A stretch of 64,000 bases of DNA from Hypanus sabinus. Its lineage: Eukaryota. The stretch's first letter is position 1. Every line of letters begins with the position of its first letter. The translations under genes and the position numbers were made by a program. This document shows positions 27,430 through 40,415 of this stretch, piece by piece. The notes under the pieces are model-generated. The model searched no databases, was not told where the DNA came from, and worked only from the letters and a program-made list of their open reading frames with translations. The stretch lies in NCBI RefSeq assembly GCF_030144855.1, contig NC_082712.1, forward strand, positions 11,594,001 through 11,658,000, written 5' to 3'.

Positions 27430-27900
27430 CAGTCTATGGCCTCATTTTGTGTCACAATGAAGCCACCCTCAAGGTGAGGAGCAACACATTATATTTCATC
27501 TGGGAAGCCTCCAACCTAATGGTATGAATGTTGTTTTCTCCTTCTGGTATAAAAGTTCCCCCACCCCTGTTCTTCTATTCCCCAATCGGAACCCTTACCT
27601 CTTCTCAACTTATCTATCACCTACCCCTGGTGCCCTTTCTCCTTCCCTGTCTCTTATGGTTCACTCTCCTCTCCTGTCAGATACCTTCATCTCCTGCCCT
27701 TTGTCGTTCCCACCCACCTCGCTTCACCGATTACTTTCCAGCTATCCTTCTTCCCCTCAATCCACATGCTCATTCTGGAGCCTTCCGCCTTCCATTCCCG
27801 TCCCGAAATGCCGACGGTTTGTTCATTGTCACGGACGATGCCTGTCCTGCTGTGTTCCTCCTGCATTTTGTGCATGCTGCTTTCGATTTGCAGGATCTGT
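27430..27900 (+). mobile_element. Penelope-like 3-prime fragment with degenerate pLTR
   Basis: gaagccaccctcaaggtgaggagcaacac..agcctccaacctaatggtatgaat matches the 3-prime end of the 16.5-18.3 kb element. Confidence 0.7.
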
Positions 27901-28554
27901 GAAATTCCAAGTGTTATGGACAGGGTAAATGCAAGGAGGCCTTTCCCCCGGAGGACGAGCGCGATCAGAACTAGACGTCAGGATACCGGGTGAAGGGTGA
28001 AATGTTCAGAGTGAATATGAGGGAGTGTTTTTTACTCAGTATGTGGTGAGAACGTGGATGGACTGCCAGCGCAAGTAGCGGATGCGGGGTCAATTTCACC
28101 CCCTTATGCGGATGTGAGGGGTGTGAAGGGCTGTGGTACCACTGAATTTCCATGGGACTAGGCAGCACAATTGTTCAGCATAGACTAGATGGACCGATTG
28201 GCCTGCTCATGTGCTGTACTGTTCAACTGTTGTCAGGGCAAGAGGCTTATTTCACAATAGGTCCATTGAAATGTCCCATCGAAGCTGACCTTGAGCCTGG
28301 TGGTCGGTGATTTCAGGCTCTGGCATCTGGAGAGGACAGATGAGAGGACCTCCGGGGTATTCGGGCTGTCTGGTTCTGCTGGCCCTTTACCGAGACAAAG
28401 TCCGCAGAGGGGAAGCTGGTTCCTGAGATGAGCTGAGCTGTGTCTACGGATTCCTATGGTTTCATGCAGAATAATTGCCACAGCAAAGCATTATATAAGC
28501 AATGCTTTCTATTGTGCATCGATAAAAACGTGTAATCTACATCGCGAGCGCGCA

Positions 28555-29918
28555 AACATTCTTTGTTTGTGCCCTGCATCAGGGTCTGTGGTAAACTATG
28601 TATACCTGTCTGGACACGCCCCTTGCTGACTGCTCCTGTGGCTTCTCCCACAGACCCCTGTATAGAGGCGATTGGGGCACTGCTCCTCCCTCAGTCTCCG
28701 AGATGTCGTGCTCCCTCTTGCTGCTAATAGAAGCCTATCGTTCACTTCCAGTCTCCGAGAGTTATTGATGGTGCATCAGGGTCCTTCCCCAGCAGCCTTG
28801 CCCCTACATTGTGACAGAGCGCTCTCGCCGAACATGGACCCAGCAGACACAAACACTGTTTTTTCAAACTCTCGTCAGCCAGAATCCCGCACAGAGTGCA
28901 ATTCAAGACAGTGACTCAAAGTCCCAGTTATCACTTTAGCCACGGGGTAAATACGTCAGTTATATAAGGGCAAGGTGTTGTTCTGTCTTGCCCGCCGACC
29001 AAAACCCCCTTCACCACCCGGGTCATTGATAATCCGGGCAAACCTGTTGGTCGCCTGGAGGCTCCCATTGGGGGGTGGATACTGTCAGGGTCCGGATTGT
29101 GTTCACTTTAAATTTACCTTGTTTGTGTTACGGATCCTTGTTTCCCTTTAATTCCTGGTTTTCCCGTGTCCCTTGGGCTTGGTGATTAAAGGCAATTTAC
29201 TCGCGACCGAACCGGCAGTTTATAAGTTTCCGGCTTCAGCCGTTCAGCGAGTGAGTGTTAACGAAGCTGGTGTGAGTCAAAGTCATCCAGCCGGAGCAAG
29301 CCACGTCTCCTCCTGAAGGAAGTACCAGCAAGCCCGAGCAGGTCCGGCAAGGTTAACCCGCCAGGGTGAGTCAAGAGCTCACCGCTGCTTGGGGCAAACT
29401 TGTGCCCAGTTATAGTAATGTCTATCGTTGTGTGGTCTCCGTATCCATGTCCTGTGTTTCAAAGGGGTCCTGGCCCTGTGTCAAGAAGAGTCCCGACTCC
29501 GTCCTGTGTCTAAGGAGGATTCCCGGCTCAATGCTTTTTATCCTGTGTCTGAGTCTGTCCGGTGAATAAGAGTTCCGGCTCCATATACTGCGTCTAAGGA
29601 GTCCTGGCTCAGTGTTCTATGTCTTGTGTCTAAGTATCGCGTCCTGGCTCCAAGGTCCGCGATCCGAGTTCTGGCTGCGATGTCCGAGTTCCAAGTCCTA
29701 GCCCAGACCCTGAGTCCCAGCCTAGTCCAGGGCCAGAGTCCTTGTCCATTACACCTATTCCCGGTTCCACTTTGCTCTCCTTGATTTCTCTCTGTTCTAT
29801 CCTTGCGTCACGGCTCTCCTTTTAAGTAGTAATAAACTCTATTTAGTTAACCCGACAAAATGTGTCTGTGTCCTGCATTTGGGTCCTTCCCCAGCACCCT
29901 TGCCCCCACATTGTGGCA
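28555..29918 (+). mobile_element. Internally deleted Gypsy (Sushi-like) element: 5-prime LTR remnant, ~270-bp internal region, PPT, 3-prime LTR
   Basis: LTR end cattgtgaca (28816), gag-like start ATGGACCCAGCAGAC (MDPAD, 28834), G-rich tract ggggggtggatac, then tgtca...cattgtggca (29083-29918) whose end matches the 5-prime remnant. Confidence 0.75.
28587..28778 (+). mobile_element. Short solo LTR (192 bp) with 5-bp TSD, nested in another LTR
   Basis: tgtggt...tgcatca. TSD gggtc at 28582-28586 and 28779-28783. TATA-like and polyA-like motifs inside. Confidence 0.8.
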
Positions 29919-30304
29919 CCCTCCATGACTTCCTCCTTCTCTGCAGCCGTGTCACTATCTCCGATCAGCAGTGTCACGCCTTCATCTCTCTTTCCTCCTT
30001 CCCTGTCCTTTCGGAAACAACTAAAGCCTGGCATTCGAAGTAGCCATTCCTGCCCCGAGCCATCGAAGTATCTTTAATGGGCGCAACATCACAGCACTGA
30101 TCCACACTCTCAGCTCAGCCGCTGTGTTTGTGAATCGTTCAAGAGTGGAAGGGAAAATACTGGAAAACATTTTACAGGACAAAATTTATTATCAGAGATG
30201 AAGCAATTGTGGTTTGAGGCAAATTTATACCCCTGAAGAACAATTCCAATGAAACCACAAGTACAAATCCAATCAGAAAGGAAGCCAACTAGTATGGCAA
30301 AATG

Positions 30305-31035
30305 TCATGAGCATTCTTCAGGACTGGGAAGGAAGGGGGGAAGGTGCCAGAGTGTAAAGGTGGGGGTAGGGGAGGGCCAGCAGGAAGCTGAGCGGTGAAG
30401 CCAAATGGCTGGGGAAGGTCAAGAGCCGACGAAGGTATGTGATAGGACAGGAGAGTGGACCATAGAAAAAAGGGAAGGAGGAGGAGACTCGGTGGGGGGC
30501 GGGTGGAGTAATAGTTGAGAGGAGGTAAAATGGTCAGAGTGGGGAATAGAGGAAGATGGAGGTTAGGGTAGAATTGATTTACCGGAAGGAGAAATCGATA
30601 TTCATGTATTCGGGTTGGAGCTTATCCAGGCGGAATATGAGGTGTCGCTGCTCTGTCCTGAGGGGGATCTCATCACGGCACAAGAGGAAACCATGGAGCG
30701 ACACATCAGAACAGGAATGGGAATGCAATGAAAATGTTCAGCCATCGTAAAGTTCCTCTTCTGGCAGATGGAGCGGAGGTACTCGATGAAGCGGTCCCCC
30801 AATTTACGACGAGTCTCACCAAAGTTGGAGAGGCCACATTGGGGCCACACTGGACATAATAGACAACCCCAGCAGATATTCAGGTGAAGTGTTGCCCCAC
30901 CTGGAAGCACTGCCTTGGGCCCTGAAGGGAGGTGGTATATGGGCAGGTGCAACACTTAGGTTGCTTACAGGGAAAAGCGCCAGGAGCGAGATTAGTGGGG
31001 AGGGAGCGATCCCTACAGAAAGCGGGGGGGGGGGG
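30305..31035 (-). mobile_element. Penelope-like element 3-prime part (GIY-YIG) with pLTR remnant
   Basis: FGETRRKLGDRFIEYLRSI (ORF 30602..30955) and cttcaggactg remnant at ~30316. Confidence 0.8.
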
Positions 31036-31699
31036 GAGGTAAAGATACGTATGTTTAGTGGTAGGATATTCAAATGAATGTTAGTTTTTTTCCAACAAAA
31101 GACGCCTCTGCTAAAGCAATGATCCCTAATTACTGTGTCACTATGTCCTGCTAAGTATAGCTCACTGAACTGGGGTTTTCTTTTCATCTTGTGATGGAAA
31201 GGCTTCAAGCAGATTAACACTAGAGGTTCAGCTCATTGCAGTGTGCAAATAGATTAAATGGACTTCCTAACCAACAGAACAGGCTGCCGGCAACGGTGGG
31301 GGAGATGGATACGATAGGGTCTTTTAAGAGACTTTTGGATAGGTACATGGAGTTTAGGAAAACAGAGTAAGCCTAGTAATCTAGTAACTTCTAAGGTAGG
31401 GACATGTTCGGCACAACTTTGTGGGCCGAAGGGCCTGTATTGTGCTGTAGGTTTTCTATGTTTCTATTATAAGGCAAACCAGGAAGTGCGACGCCATGAC
31501 AGGATGAATTGTGAGATCAAGAAACCATTTAAACTTACAATTATCAACAGTCTTATAACATTGAGATACTGTAGCATGCAAAAGTCTTATACCTGGGATG
31601 CCGAAGACTTTAGCACAGCAATGTATTTGACAGCATGAAGCAGAAAGTGAGTTTGTGAATCTGGCAGGAGCAAAGTATGTTTGAAATGGCGAGGGTGGA

Positions 31700-32640
31700 A
31701 TGTCGAGGGAGGCTGCTGTAACACAAACCTCTTACTCAATGTCACCAAGACCAAGGAGCTGAGTATTGACTTCTGAAGGAGGAACAAAGAGATCCATAAG
31801 CGAGTACTCATGGGAGGATCAGAGGTGGAGAAGGTCAGCAACTCTAAATTCCTCCGTGTTTTTATCTCCGAGAATCGGCCCTGGACCCGCCACCTATGTG
31901 AAATTGCAAGGCACCTCTACTTCTATACAAGATATTTAGAGGAATAGACAGAGTGGACAGCCAGTGCCTTTTCCCCAGGGCACCACTGCTCAGTACAAGA
32001 GGACATGGCTTTAAGGTAAAGGGGAGGGAAGTTCAAGGGGGATATTAGAGGAAGGTTTTTCACTCAGAGTGGTTGGTGCATGGAATGCACTGCCTGAGTC
32101 AGTGGTGGAGGCATATACACTAGTGAAATTTAAGAGACTACTAGACAGGTATATGGAGGAATTTAAGGTGGAGGGTTATATGGGAGGCAGGGTTTAAGGG
32201 TTGGCACATCATTGTGGGCCGAATGGCCTGTACTGTGCTGTATTGTTCTTTATGAGTTTGCGAAGTATCGGCACGACATCTAAAACGTTGGCAAACTTCT
32301 ACAGATGTGTGGTGGCGAGTACATTGACCGGGTGCGTCACAGCCTGACAGGGAAACACCAATGCCCTTGAACGGAAAATCATACAAATGTAATGGATACG
32401 ACAGAGTCCTTCACGGGTACAGCCTTCCCCACTATTGAACACATGTACACAGGAGGCTGATGCAGGAAAGTAGCATCTGTCATCAGGGACCCCGACCACC
32501 CAGGACATGCTCCCTCTCACTGCTGCCATTGAGAAGAAGGTACAGGGGTCTCAGGACTGACAGAACGAGGGTCAGGAATACTTATTACCCCTCAAGCATC
32601 AGGCTCATGAACCAAACGGAATGACTTCATCAACTTCACT
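31700..32640 (+). mobile_element. Rex1/Babar 3-prime fragments with interleaved CR1 3-prime end
   Basis: LNVTKTKELSIDF and RKVASVIRDPDHPGHA-like sequence; CR1 tail at ~31940-32250. Confidence 0.7.
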
Positions 32641-34584
32641 TCATCATTAGATAATAAAACATTAAGACACAGGAGCAGAATTAGACCATTTAGCCCATTG
32701 AGTCTGCTCCATCATTCCATCAATGCTGATCCAGATACACTTGCCTTCTCACCAAATCATTTGATGCCCTGACCGAGCAGGAAACGATCATCTTTTGCTT
32801 TAAATATGCCCACAGTCTCTGCCTCCACCACAGTCTGTGGCAGAGAATCCCACAGGTTTATACTCTGGCTAAAAAATTCCTGCTTCCCTCTGTTCTACAA
32901 GGTCACCCTTCAGTTTAGGGACTGTGCCTCTTAGCTCTGGTTACCTGCTACAGAGGAAACATCCTCTCTACATCCACACTATATAGTCCTTTCAACATTC
33001 GTTAGGTTTCAATGAGATCTGCTCACATCCTTCTAAATTCCAGCGAATACAGGCAGAAAACTGCCAAACAGAACTCGTATGTTAACCCCTTCATTCCTGG
33101 AATCCTCCTCGTGAACCTCCTCTGGACTCTCTCCAAAGAAAGCACATCTTTTTGGAGATATAGGCCCAAAACTTTTCTTCGAACTTAAAGAAAAAACAGC
33201 ACAGTGTGTCTTAATGCACTCACCATATTCTGTGGAAATCAAACTTGCCAACTCTTATAAGCTGCACCTCTGCCCACTCCACAATACATTCGTCCCCACA
33301 CACACACACATCAAACTTTAAACTACATCTTGCTATATTTGGGGCCATGGAGCATTGTGACCAGTTTTGGGCCCCTTCTCTAAGAAAATATGGGCTGGCA
33401 TTGCAGATGTTCCAGAAGAGGTTCACGAGAATGATTCAGGGAGTGAGAGGGTTAACATAAGAGGAAAGTGTGATGATTCTGGGTCTGTTCTCGATGGTGT
33501 TTAGCAGAGTAGGAGGGGGTGAGCTCATTGCATTCTGTCGAAAAGCCGAGATCGAGGAGATGGTGAGAGGATGCTTCCTATAGTGGCGAGTCTAGGACCA
33601 GAAGGGACAGTCTCCGAATAGAGGGGTGTCCTATTAAAACAGAGATGAGGAGGACTTCGCTAGTCAGGGTATAGTGAATCTGTGGAATTCATTGCCCAAG
33701 GTATTACATCGAATATCCTAACATGGATAAAAGAGATCAGGGTATGAAGGGTCCCAGCCAGAAACATCGACTGCTTACTCTTTTCCATAGATGCTGCCTA
33801 GCCCACTGAGATCCCCTCGCATGAAGGGAGCCTTTTCTGGGTGCCTGCCGGTAACTCGTGATGTTGCACAGGGGCCTGTGTTGGGACCAATTCATTGTAC
33901 ATTATACGTTAATGATTTGGATGATAGAATTGTTGGCTTTGATGCAGACTTTGCAGATGATACGAAGATATGTGGAAGGCAAGGTGGGTTTGAGGAAGTG
34001 GAATGACTACAGAAGGACCTAGACAGATTAGGAGAATGGGGAAACAAGTGGAGATGGAATGCATTGTCGGTAAGTGTATGGTCATACACATTGGCAGAAT
34101 AAATGAAAGGTTAACTATTTTTTTTAAATGGGGAGAAAATACAGAGAAAATACAAAAAAAGCAGCTGAGCAAAATGACTTGGGAGACCTTGTTTAAGAAT
34201 CCCTCAAAGATAATTTCCAGACTGAGACTCAGAAAAGATGACCAGTTCAGGTCGACATCACACCTACTCACTGTCTTCTCCTGTCCATACTACACCAACT
34301 GCTGCCACTGGGCTATAAACGTGCAGGAGCAGTGTGGGGTTAAGTGCGTTGCACACTGCCTCAGCTGGGGCTCGAACTAATGACCTTCAGATCGCTAGCC
34401 CAAAGCCTTCACCAATTGGCCACACGCCCCACTCACTGTCCTCAGCCCAATAGTGATTGCTGTCTGTGCAGCGTTTACCACCGCCTTAATTAGGCCTCTA
34501 TCTACGATCGTTCTCCGGTTCTACATATTTGGCATGTTCAGCCCAGAATTCTGCAACAGGTTGTAGAGTCAATGTAGGAAGAGG

Positions 34585-34712
34585 TCAATTAAAAACAGAT
34601 AACATTTCTTCATGTGGAACATGGTGTTCTCGTTGGATCTTGTTGCATCTGCACCTTGTGGTTGGAAAACCGGTCTTCTCAGTCTCCTGCGGTGGATCAG
34701 TCTTGTCGCTTT
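34585..34712 (-). CDS. Exon 5: cytoplasmic tail (either RKRQD* ending 34697 or QSDKTDPPQETEKTGFP...VFN* ending 34585)
   Basis: Acceptor gtttcgttctgtccacag| is conserved in the paralogous copy at 19455. The reading frame depends on which TM-exon donor is used. Confidence 0.6.
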
Positions 34713-36472
34713 CTGTGGACAGAACGAAACGGTTAACACGAATCTAGATCATGCAATGACACCACATCCGACTCCCTCCCCCCAATTCATTTATAACCTT
34801 TGAAGGGATTTGGATCGAGAGATGACTGGGAATTCCCACAGAATAAATTTTGTCGTTGGCATCAGTGTTTGACAACAAAACTGGAGATGAGCCCAAACAT
34901 TGATTCAGTTGGAAACTTTACGGTGACATAACAACATAGGTCATGTTGTTGACAGGAAGATGGTCTTAGGCTATAGGATAATATTGATAAACTTGTATGG
35001 AGCTTAGATTCAGACCGTAAGAGCATATGAAATAGCATCAGAGTTTTGGCATTCAGCCCATCTATTCTGCTCTGCTATCCCATCGTGGTTGATTTATTAT
35101 CCCTAACAACCCCATTCTCCTGTCCTCATCCCGTCATCTTTGACACCCTTACTATTCAGGAACCCATCAATCTCTGTTTTAAGTATTCCCACAGGCATTT
35201 ATGGCTGTAAATTCCACAGATTCAGCATCCTCTGGCTCAGGAAATCCCTCGGAATATCCATTCTGAAGGAAAATCCTCTGTGAATGGCAGAGTGAATTTA
35301 ATCCTGTCTGTGATTCAATTTCTAGGATACAGGTATTTGAATATCAGATTTCTTAGGATGAATCTGGAAGAGAGGGAAGTGGATACAAAAATCATAGGAG
35401 CTAAGTAAATGAAACGTGTTGGGGACAGTAACAGATCGAGGCTGTAATTTAAGGAGGAACCTGATTATCAATGATATTAGAGACATGGAAATCATTTGAA
35501 TACTTTTCAGTGTCAATATGTTTGAAGTTGATACACTAACAGTTTAAACTGGATTATTGTTGAGGGAGATGGCTGCAGAGATTCAGTCAAGAGCTAAATC
35601 TCTGAGGGATTTTGCCTCATGGACTAGTCTTGTGTAGACCAAGAGACCAGATTCACCCTGGGTTGACTGCACTACCTGATCCCAGTGCATGTGGGATGGC
35701 TAAGAGTCGAAACTTTCCCGTATTGTTTCTTCTGGGTTCCAGAGTGTCCTTTTGTGCACATCAACATTAGATTTGTAATTAGAATGTAGAACATTCCAGC
35801 ACAGTACAGGCCCTTCAGCCCTCGACGTTATGCCAACCTGTCAGCCTTCTCTAAGCTCAATCTATTATTTATCATTTTGTTATTTACAGATACAACGGCC
35901 CACCAGGTTGCGACACCCAGAAACTCAGGGATGTAATCCCAGCCTAATCACAGGACGGTTCTCAATGAACAACTAATCTGATAACTGGAACATCACAGGA
36001 CCGTGGGAGGAAGCCAGAGCACCCGGGGAAACCGACGTGCACATGGGAAGAGCGCACATTCTTTCTAACAAAGGGCGCCAGATGTCTAACCCTTTCCTCT
36101 AGTCCTGCCGAAGGGTCTCTGCCCGAAACGGCGACTGTACTTTTTCCATAGATGCTGTCTGGCCTGCTGAGTTCCTCCAGCATTTTGTGTGTGTCGCTTT
36201 AAGTTACACCATCTGCACGTTTTCTCTTGTTTCCGGGTACGTTTAATCCGAAATGTATCTCAAAATGCTAAACAGTCTACAAACACTTCTGCAGGAGTCA
36301 CTCTTATGATGCAACGAGTATTTTCTACGGTGCTCCCACAAACAGCAAACAACAAGTACTGACTGGGCCACCGCAAGTATTTGAGCCAGTTCCCAACGTC
36401 CACCGACTGTCTGAGTGAATCGGATTTCAGTCACGTCACGGCAAGAGCCTTCAGCATTAGTACATACGGTAC

Positions 36473-36575
36473 CTGAGTTTGTCACAGTAGAGAACGGCAC
36501 CCATCACTAAAAGGGCGAGAGTTTTCAGTCCGAGTGGGATACACAACATCAGCACGGTTTCAGAAGCGCCTGTCC
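36473..36575 (-). CDS. Exon 4: transmembrane exon with intramembrane Lys (GTGASETVLMLCIPLGLKTLALLVMGAVLYCDKLR)
   Basis: Acceptor ctttctcttcag|, phase 1 start. Donor CAG|GTACCG, with an alternative ACC|GTATGT 5 nt downstream. Hydrophobic segment with central Lys (36523-36525) resembles the Siglec-15 LGxKxL TM motif. Confidence 0.85.
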
Positions 36576-37639
36576 CTGAAGAGAAAGTGAGAGACGTCAA
36601 TCCAGACTCAGGCAATGGGGGAGAGACCAATAATGTGGACTGATTAAAATCAGTCGCTGTGCAGATGAATTTATCATTCAGCAGATTTTTACTGAAGATG
36701 ATAACTTGTGTGTGACTCCCATCCACTCCATAATGTACTGGTTAGGCACAGGAGTACATTCAGCCAGAGACTCATTCCACCGAGATGTAACACTGAGCGT
36801 CATAGGAAGTCATTCCTACTGGTGGCCATCAAACTTTACAACTCCTCCCTCGGAGTGTCAGACACCCTGAGCCAATAGGCTGGTCCTGGACATATTTCCA
36901 CTTGGCATGATTAACTTATTATTTAATTATTTATGGTTTTATATTGCTATATTTCTACACTGCTCTTGGTTGGTGCGGCTATAACAAAACAAAATTGCCC
37001 TCGGGATCAATAAAGTACGTCTGTCTGTCTGTTTTTCTGCTCAACTCCATTCTACTGCCATCTCCCATAAAATTTGATGTCCTTTCTAATCAAGAAGTTC
37101 TCAACCTCCACTTAAAGACCAAGATTTGACCTTCACTGTCATCTGTGGCAACAAATTCCTCAGATTCACCACCGTCTGGCTGAATAACTTCCCCCCAACT
37201 CTGTTCTAAAGGGACATTGTTCTATCCTGAGGCTGTGTCCTCCGGGTGCTCCGGTTTCCTCCCACAGTCTAAGGATGGACCGGCTCGTCGGTTAATTGAT
37301 CATTGTAAATCGTTGTGGGTTCAATAGGTGGGTTTCTGGGTGGTGTGGCTCGTTGGGTCGGAAGGGCCTGTTCCGTGCTGTATCTCTAAATGAATAAACA
37401 AATAAATAATGAGGTGGAGAGTCCATCTTATCATACTGGGGGACCACTCCGTAGTTATAACTGTAGGATAAAAGCTGTTCTTCAGCCTGGTGGTCCGTGC
37501 ATCCAGGCTGTTGTACCTTCTGCCCAGTGGGAGAGGGCCGAAGAGAGAATGTCCAGGGTGGATGGGAGGGTCTCTGATTTTGCAGTCTGTTTCACAGAGA
37601 CGGTGAGAAGTGTGGACAGAATCCATGGTGGGGGGCTGG

Positions 37640-38120
37640 CTTCTGTCTTGATGAAGGGGTTAACCTGTGAGGGGAGGTTCAGTCGCCTGGGACTATACTC
37701 TGTAGAGTTCAGAAGAATAAGGGGGGATCTTATAGAAAGATACAAAATTTTGAAAGGGAAAGATAAGATAGAAGCAGGAAAGTTGTTTCCCTTGGTAGGT
37801 GAGACTGGAACTAGGGGGCATTGCCTCAACATTCGGGGAGAAGATTTAGGATGGGGATGAGGAGAAACTGTTTTTCCCAGAGAGTGGTGAATCTGTGGAA
37901 TTCTCTGCCCAGGGAAGCAGTTGAGGTTTCTTCACTAAATATATTTAAGAAACAGTTAGATAGGTTTTTACATAGTAAGGGAATTAAGGGTTTTGGGGAA
38001 GAGGTAGGTAGATGGAGCTGAGTTTACGGACAGATCAGCCATGATCTTATCGAATGGCGGGACAGGCTCGATGGGCCGGGTGGCCAAATCCTGCTCTTAT
38101 TTCTTATCTTCTTATGTTCT
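37640..38120 (+). mobile_element. CR1 3-prime end
   Basis: RLGLYSVEFRRIRGDLIERYKILKG and FSQRVVNLWNSLP; terminal (cttat)n tail. Confidence 0.85.
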
Positions 38121-40415
38121 AATTGATCCATGTGACAGGTTGAGCCCTGTAATCGTGTCCTGTCTGCCTCCTCCCCCTGACATTCTGCAGAACCGCAATC
38201 GGGATTAGGATAATTTCACCGGCTTGTGCTTTGTGCAGCAGTACATTGCAATCATCATCATTGGTATGTGCTGTGTTGTGTGATGTGGGCAATCACAGTC
38301 TCGTAACCATGATGAACACACACAAAATGCTGGAGGAACTCAGCAGGCCAGGCAGCATCTCTGGAGAAGAGTAAACAGCTGATGTTTCAGGCTGACCCCT
38401 TCATCAGGACTCACACCGTGCAGAACAGGCCCTTTCATGAGTTCTGATGCAGAGTCTCAGCACAAAGCATCGACTGTTTACTCAGTTCTGGTGGGAGGAA
38501 TGTTTGAAATTCTGAGATTGATGTGGCTGTTGGGCTGTAGTTTATTTTGCTCTCCTTCAGTTTCTGTTTTCTTTCCTGTTGCTGATTGGTGGGTTGGGGT
38601 TCTAGAGGGACGATGTATTGTTTTTGTGTGAGGGAGGGGTTGGGAATTGGTGTCTGATGTTCCTGTTGACTGTTCTGTGTGGGTGATCTGTGTGGGGAGA
38701 GGGTGTTGGGTTTGGTGTTGTCGGCACTGTATTTTTTGAGAGGGAGGGGGTTGGGGGCTTGAGGCTTTCGATCTTCTGACGATCGTCTTCCATGTGGGTG
38801 ATCTGTTGGCTTTTGTGCGAGGGAGGGAGGTGGGGGGTTGAGGTTGCGAGATTTTTCTTTTTCCTTTTCATATGGGGGTATTGACGTAATGAATCCCATG
38901 GTTTATCTGGATATCATGGTTATCTGGAGAAGATGAATATCAGAGTTGTATTCTACATGCAAACTTTTGACAATAAAATGAACCTTTGATCCTTTCCCCA
39001 TAGACGCTGCCTGACCTGCTGAGCTCCTCCAGTATCTTGTGTGTGTTGCTCTGGATTTCCAGCAACGGCAGATATTTTCCTGTTTATGACCATGATTGTT
39101 CTTGGCAATTTTTCTACAAAAGTGGTTTCCATCACCTTCTTCTGAGCAGTGTCTGTACAGGATGGGTGAGCCCAGCCATTATCAATACTCTTCAGAGATT
39201 GTCTGCCTGGTGTCAGTGGTCACATAACCAGAATTTGTGATCTGCTCCAGCTGCTCATATGACCATCCACCACCTGATCCCATGGATTCACGTGACCCTG
39301 ATCGGGGGCTAAGCAGGGGCTACACCTCGCCCAAGGGTAAAGTGAAGGCTAGTGGAGGGAAGGAGTGTCTTACACCTCCTTTGGTAAAGACGTATCTTCA
39401 CCCTGACACCCTGTTATACATTGCAATACATATTAATTAAAAAACTGTAAATTTCAATAAGAAATATATACCTACATGTATAATTTTAAATTAAATAAGT
39501 AGTACAAAAAGAGGGAAAAATAGGGAAAAAAGTGAGCTGGTCCTCACTTTTCTGATTGTCCATTCAGAAATCCGACGGCAGAAAGGAAGAAGCTCTTCCT
39601 GAAACGCTGAGTGTGCATCTTCTCTGGGAAGCTTCCTGATCCTCCGTTAGAACTCCACTCATTCCTCCCAAGTTCAGGCAAGGCCCCACCAGGGGGCCCG
39701 TTGAAGGTCTGGGGGCCACCCTGTGTGAGGGACCGTCTGAGATGGAGTTGTGGTGGGGAAATGAAACTCATCACCAGCAGAGGCTGGGAGTGGCCGATAT
39801 AACATTCATCCCCGGAGTCTGGACACAGAATACAATGGGTGCTGGAGGTTCTGACCCATCCCTGAACACTGCAGAAGATGCCGAGATGGTGTGGGAGAGA
39901 GCAGAGGCCTCTGTGGACGTGCTGGAGTCCGTCGTGGGTTGGGGACAGGCCCCTCCCATCGGTGCTGCCTTCCTCTTTTGCTCAGTGCTGCCCCCAGTGT
40001 TCACTTAGTGAGAGACAAGCTGGACCAGGACAATATCCAATCTACCATCCAGCTCCAATCCAGACCACTCAGGAACTTGGGCAATATTATGTCTTTTTGT
40101 GACTGTATGCTTTTCTGCCATCGTAACAATGTGTACTGTGTGCTGTTGCTACTCTGCTTTACAGCTTGTCCCTGGAGGAACACTGTTTTGTTTTGCTGTA
40201 CGCACCTGTGGCTGATTGACAATTAAACTTGAACTTGAATGTGGTGACGGGTTCTTTTCCGGGTCTGATCTACAGTCAGATCTCACTCGGGGACAGACAG
40301 ATAAACCCGGGGGTGGGGTTGATTAGAGGAAGGATAATGGTAGCAGGCTACCCCCCACCCCACCCCCCCCCAAAACCCTCCCCATGCCCTGCAGAATGTG
40401 TCAATGATATCTTAC

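Noticed and set aside
28233-28481. ORF considered as a missing Ig exon for the second gene copy
   Set aside because: No Ig motifs; its core matches the Rex1-type 3-prime sequence (..RSLK..TTRLK.SF).
28575-28783. 12-bp direct repeat tgcatcagggtc flanking the short LTR, suggesting tyrosine-recombinase (DIRS) integration
   Set aside because: The left tgcatca belongs to the host LTR (homologous to 29874-29885). A plain 5-bp TSD explains the structure.
36284-36291. Candidate 8-nt micro-exon (cag|AAGTGTTT|gt) conserved in both duplicates downstream of the TM exon
   Set aside because: Inclusion creates TAA/TAG at the next junction, and the donor context (TTT|GT) is poor. It is more likely conserved intron sequence.
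38435-38899. Pro-rich 154-aa ORF
   Set aside because: It is the antisense reading of a GT-rich repeat 3-prime region of the kind also seen near 14.6 and 15.6 kb.
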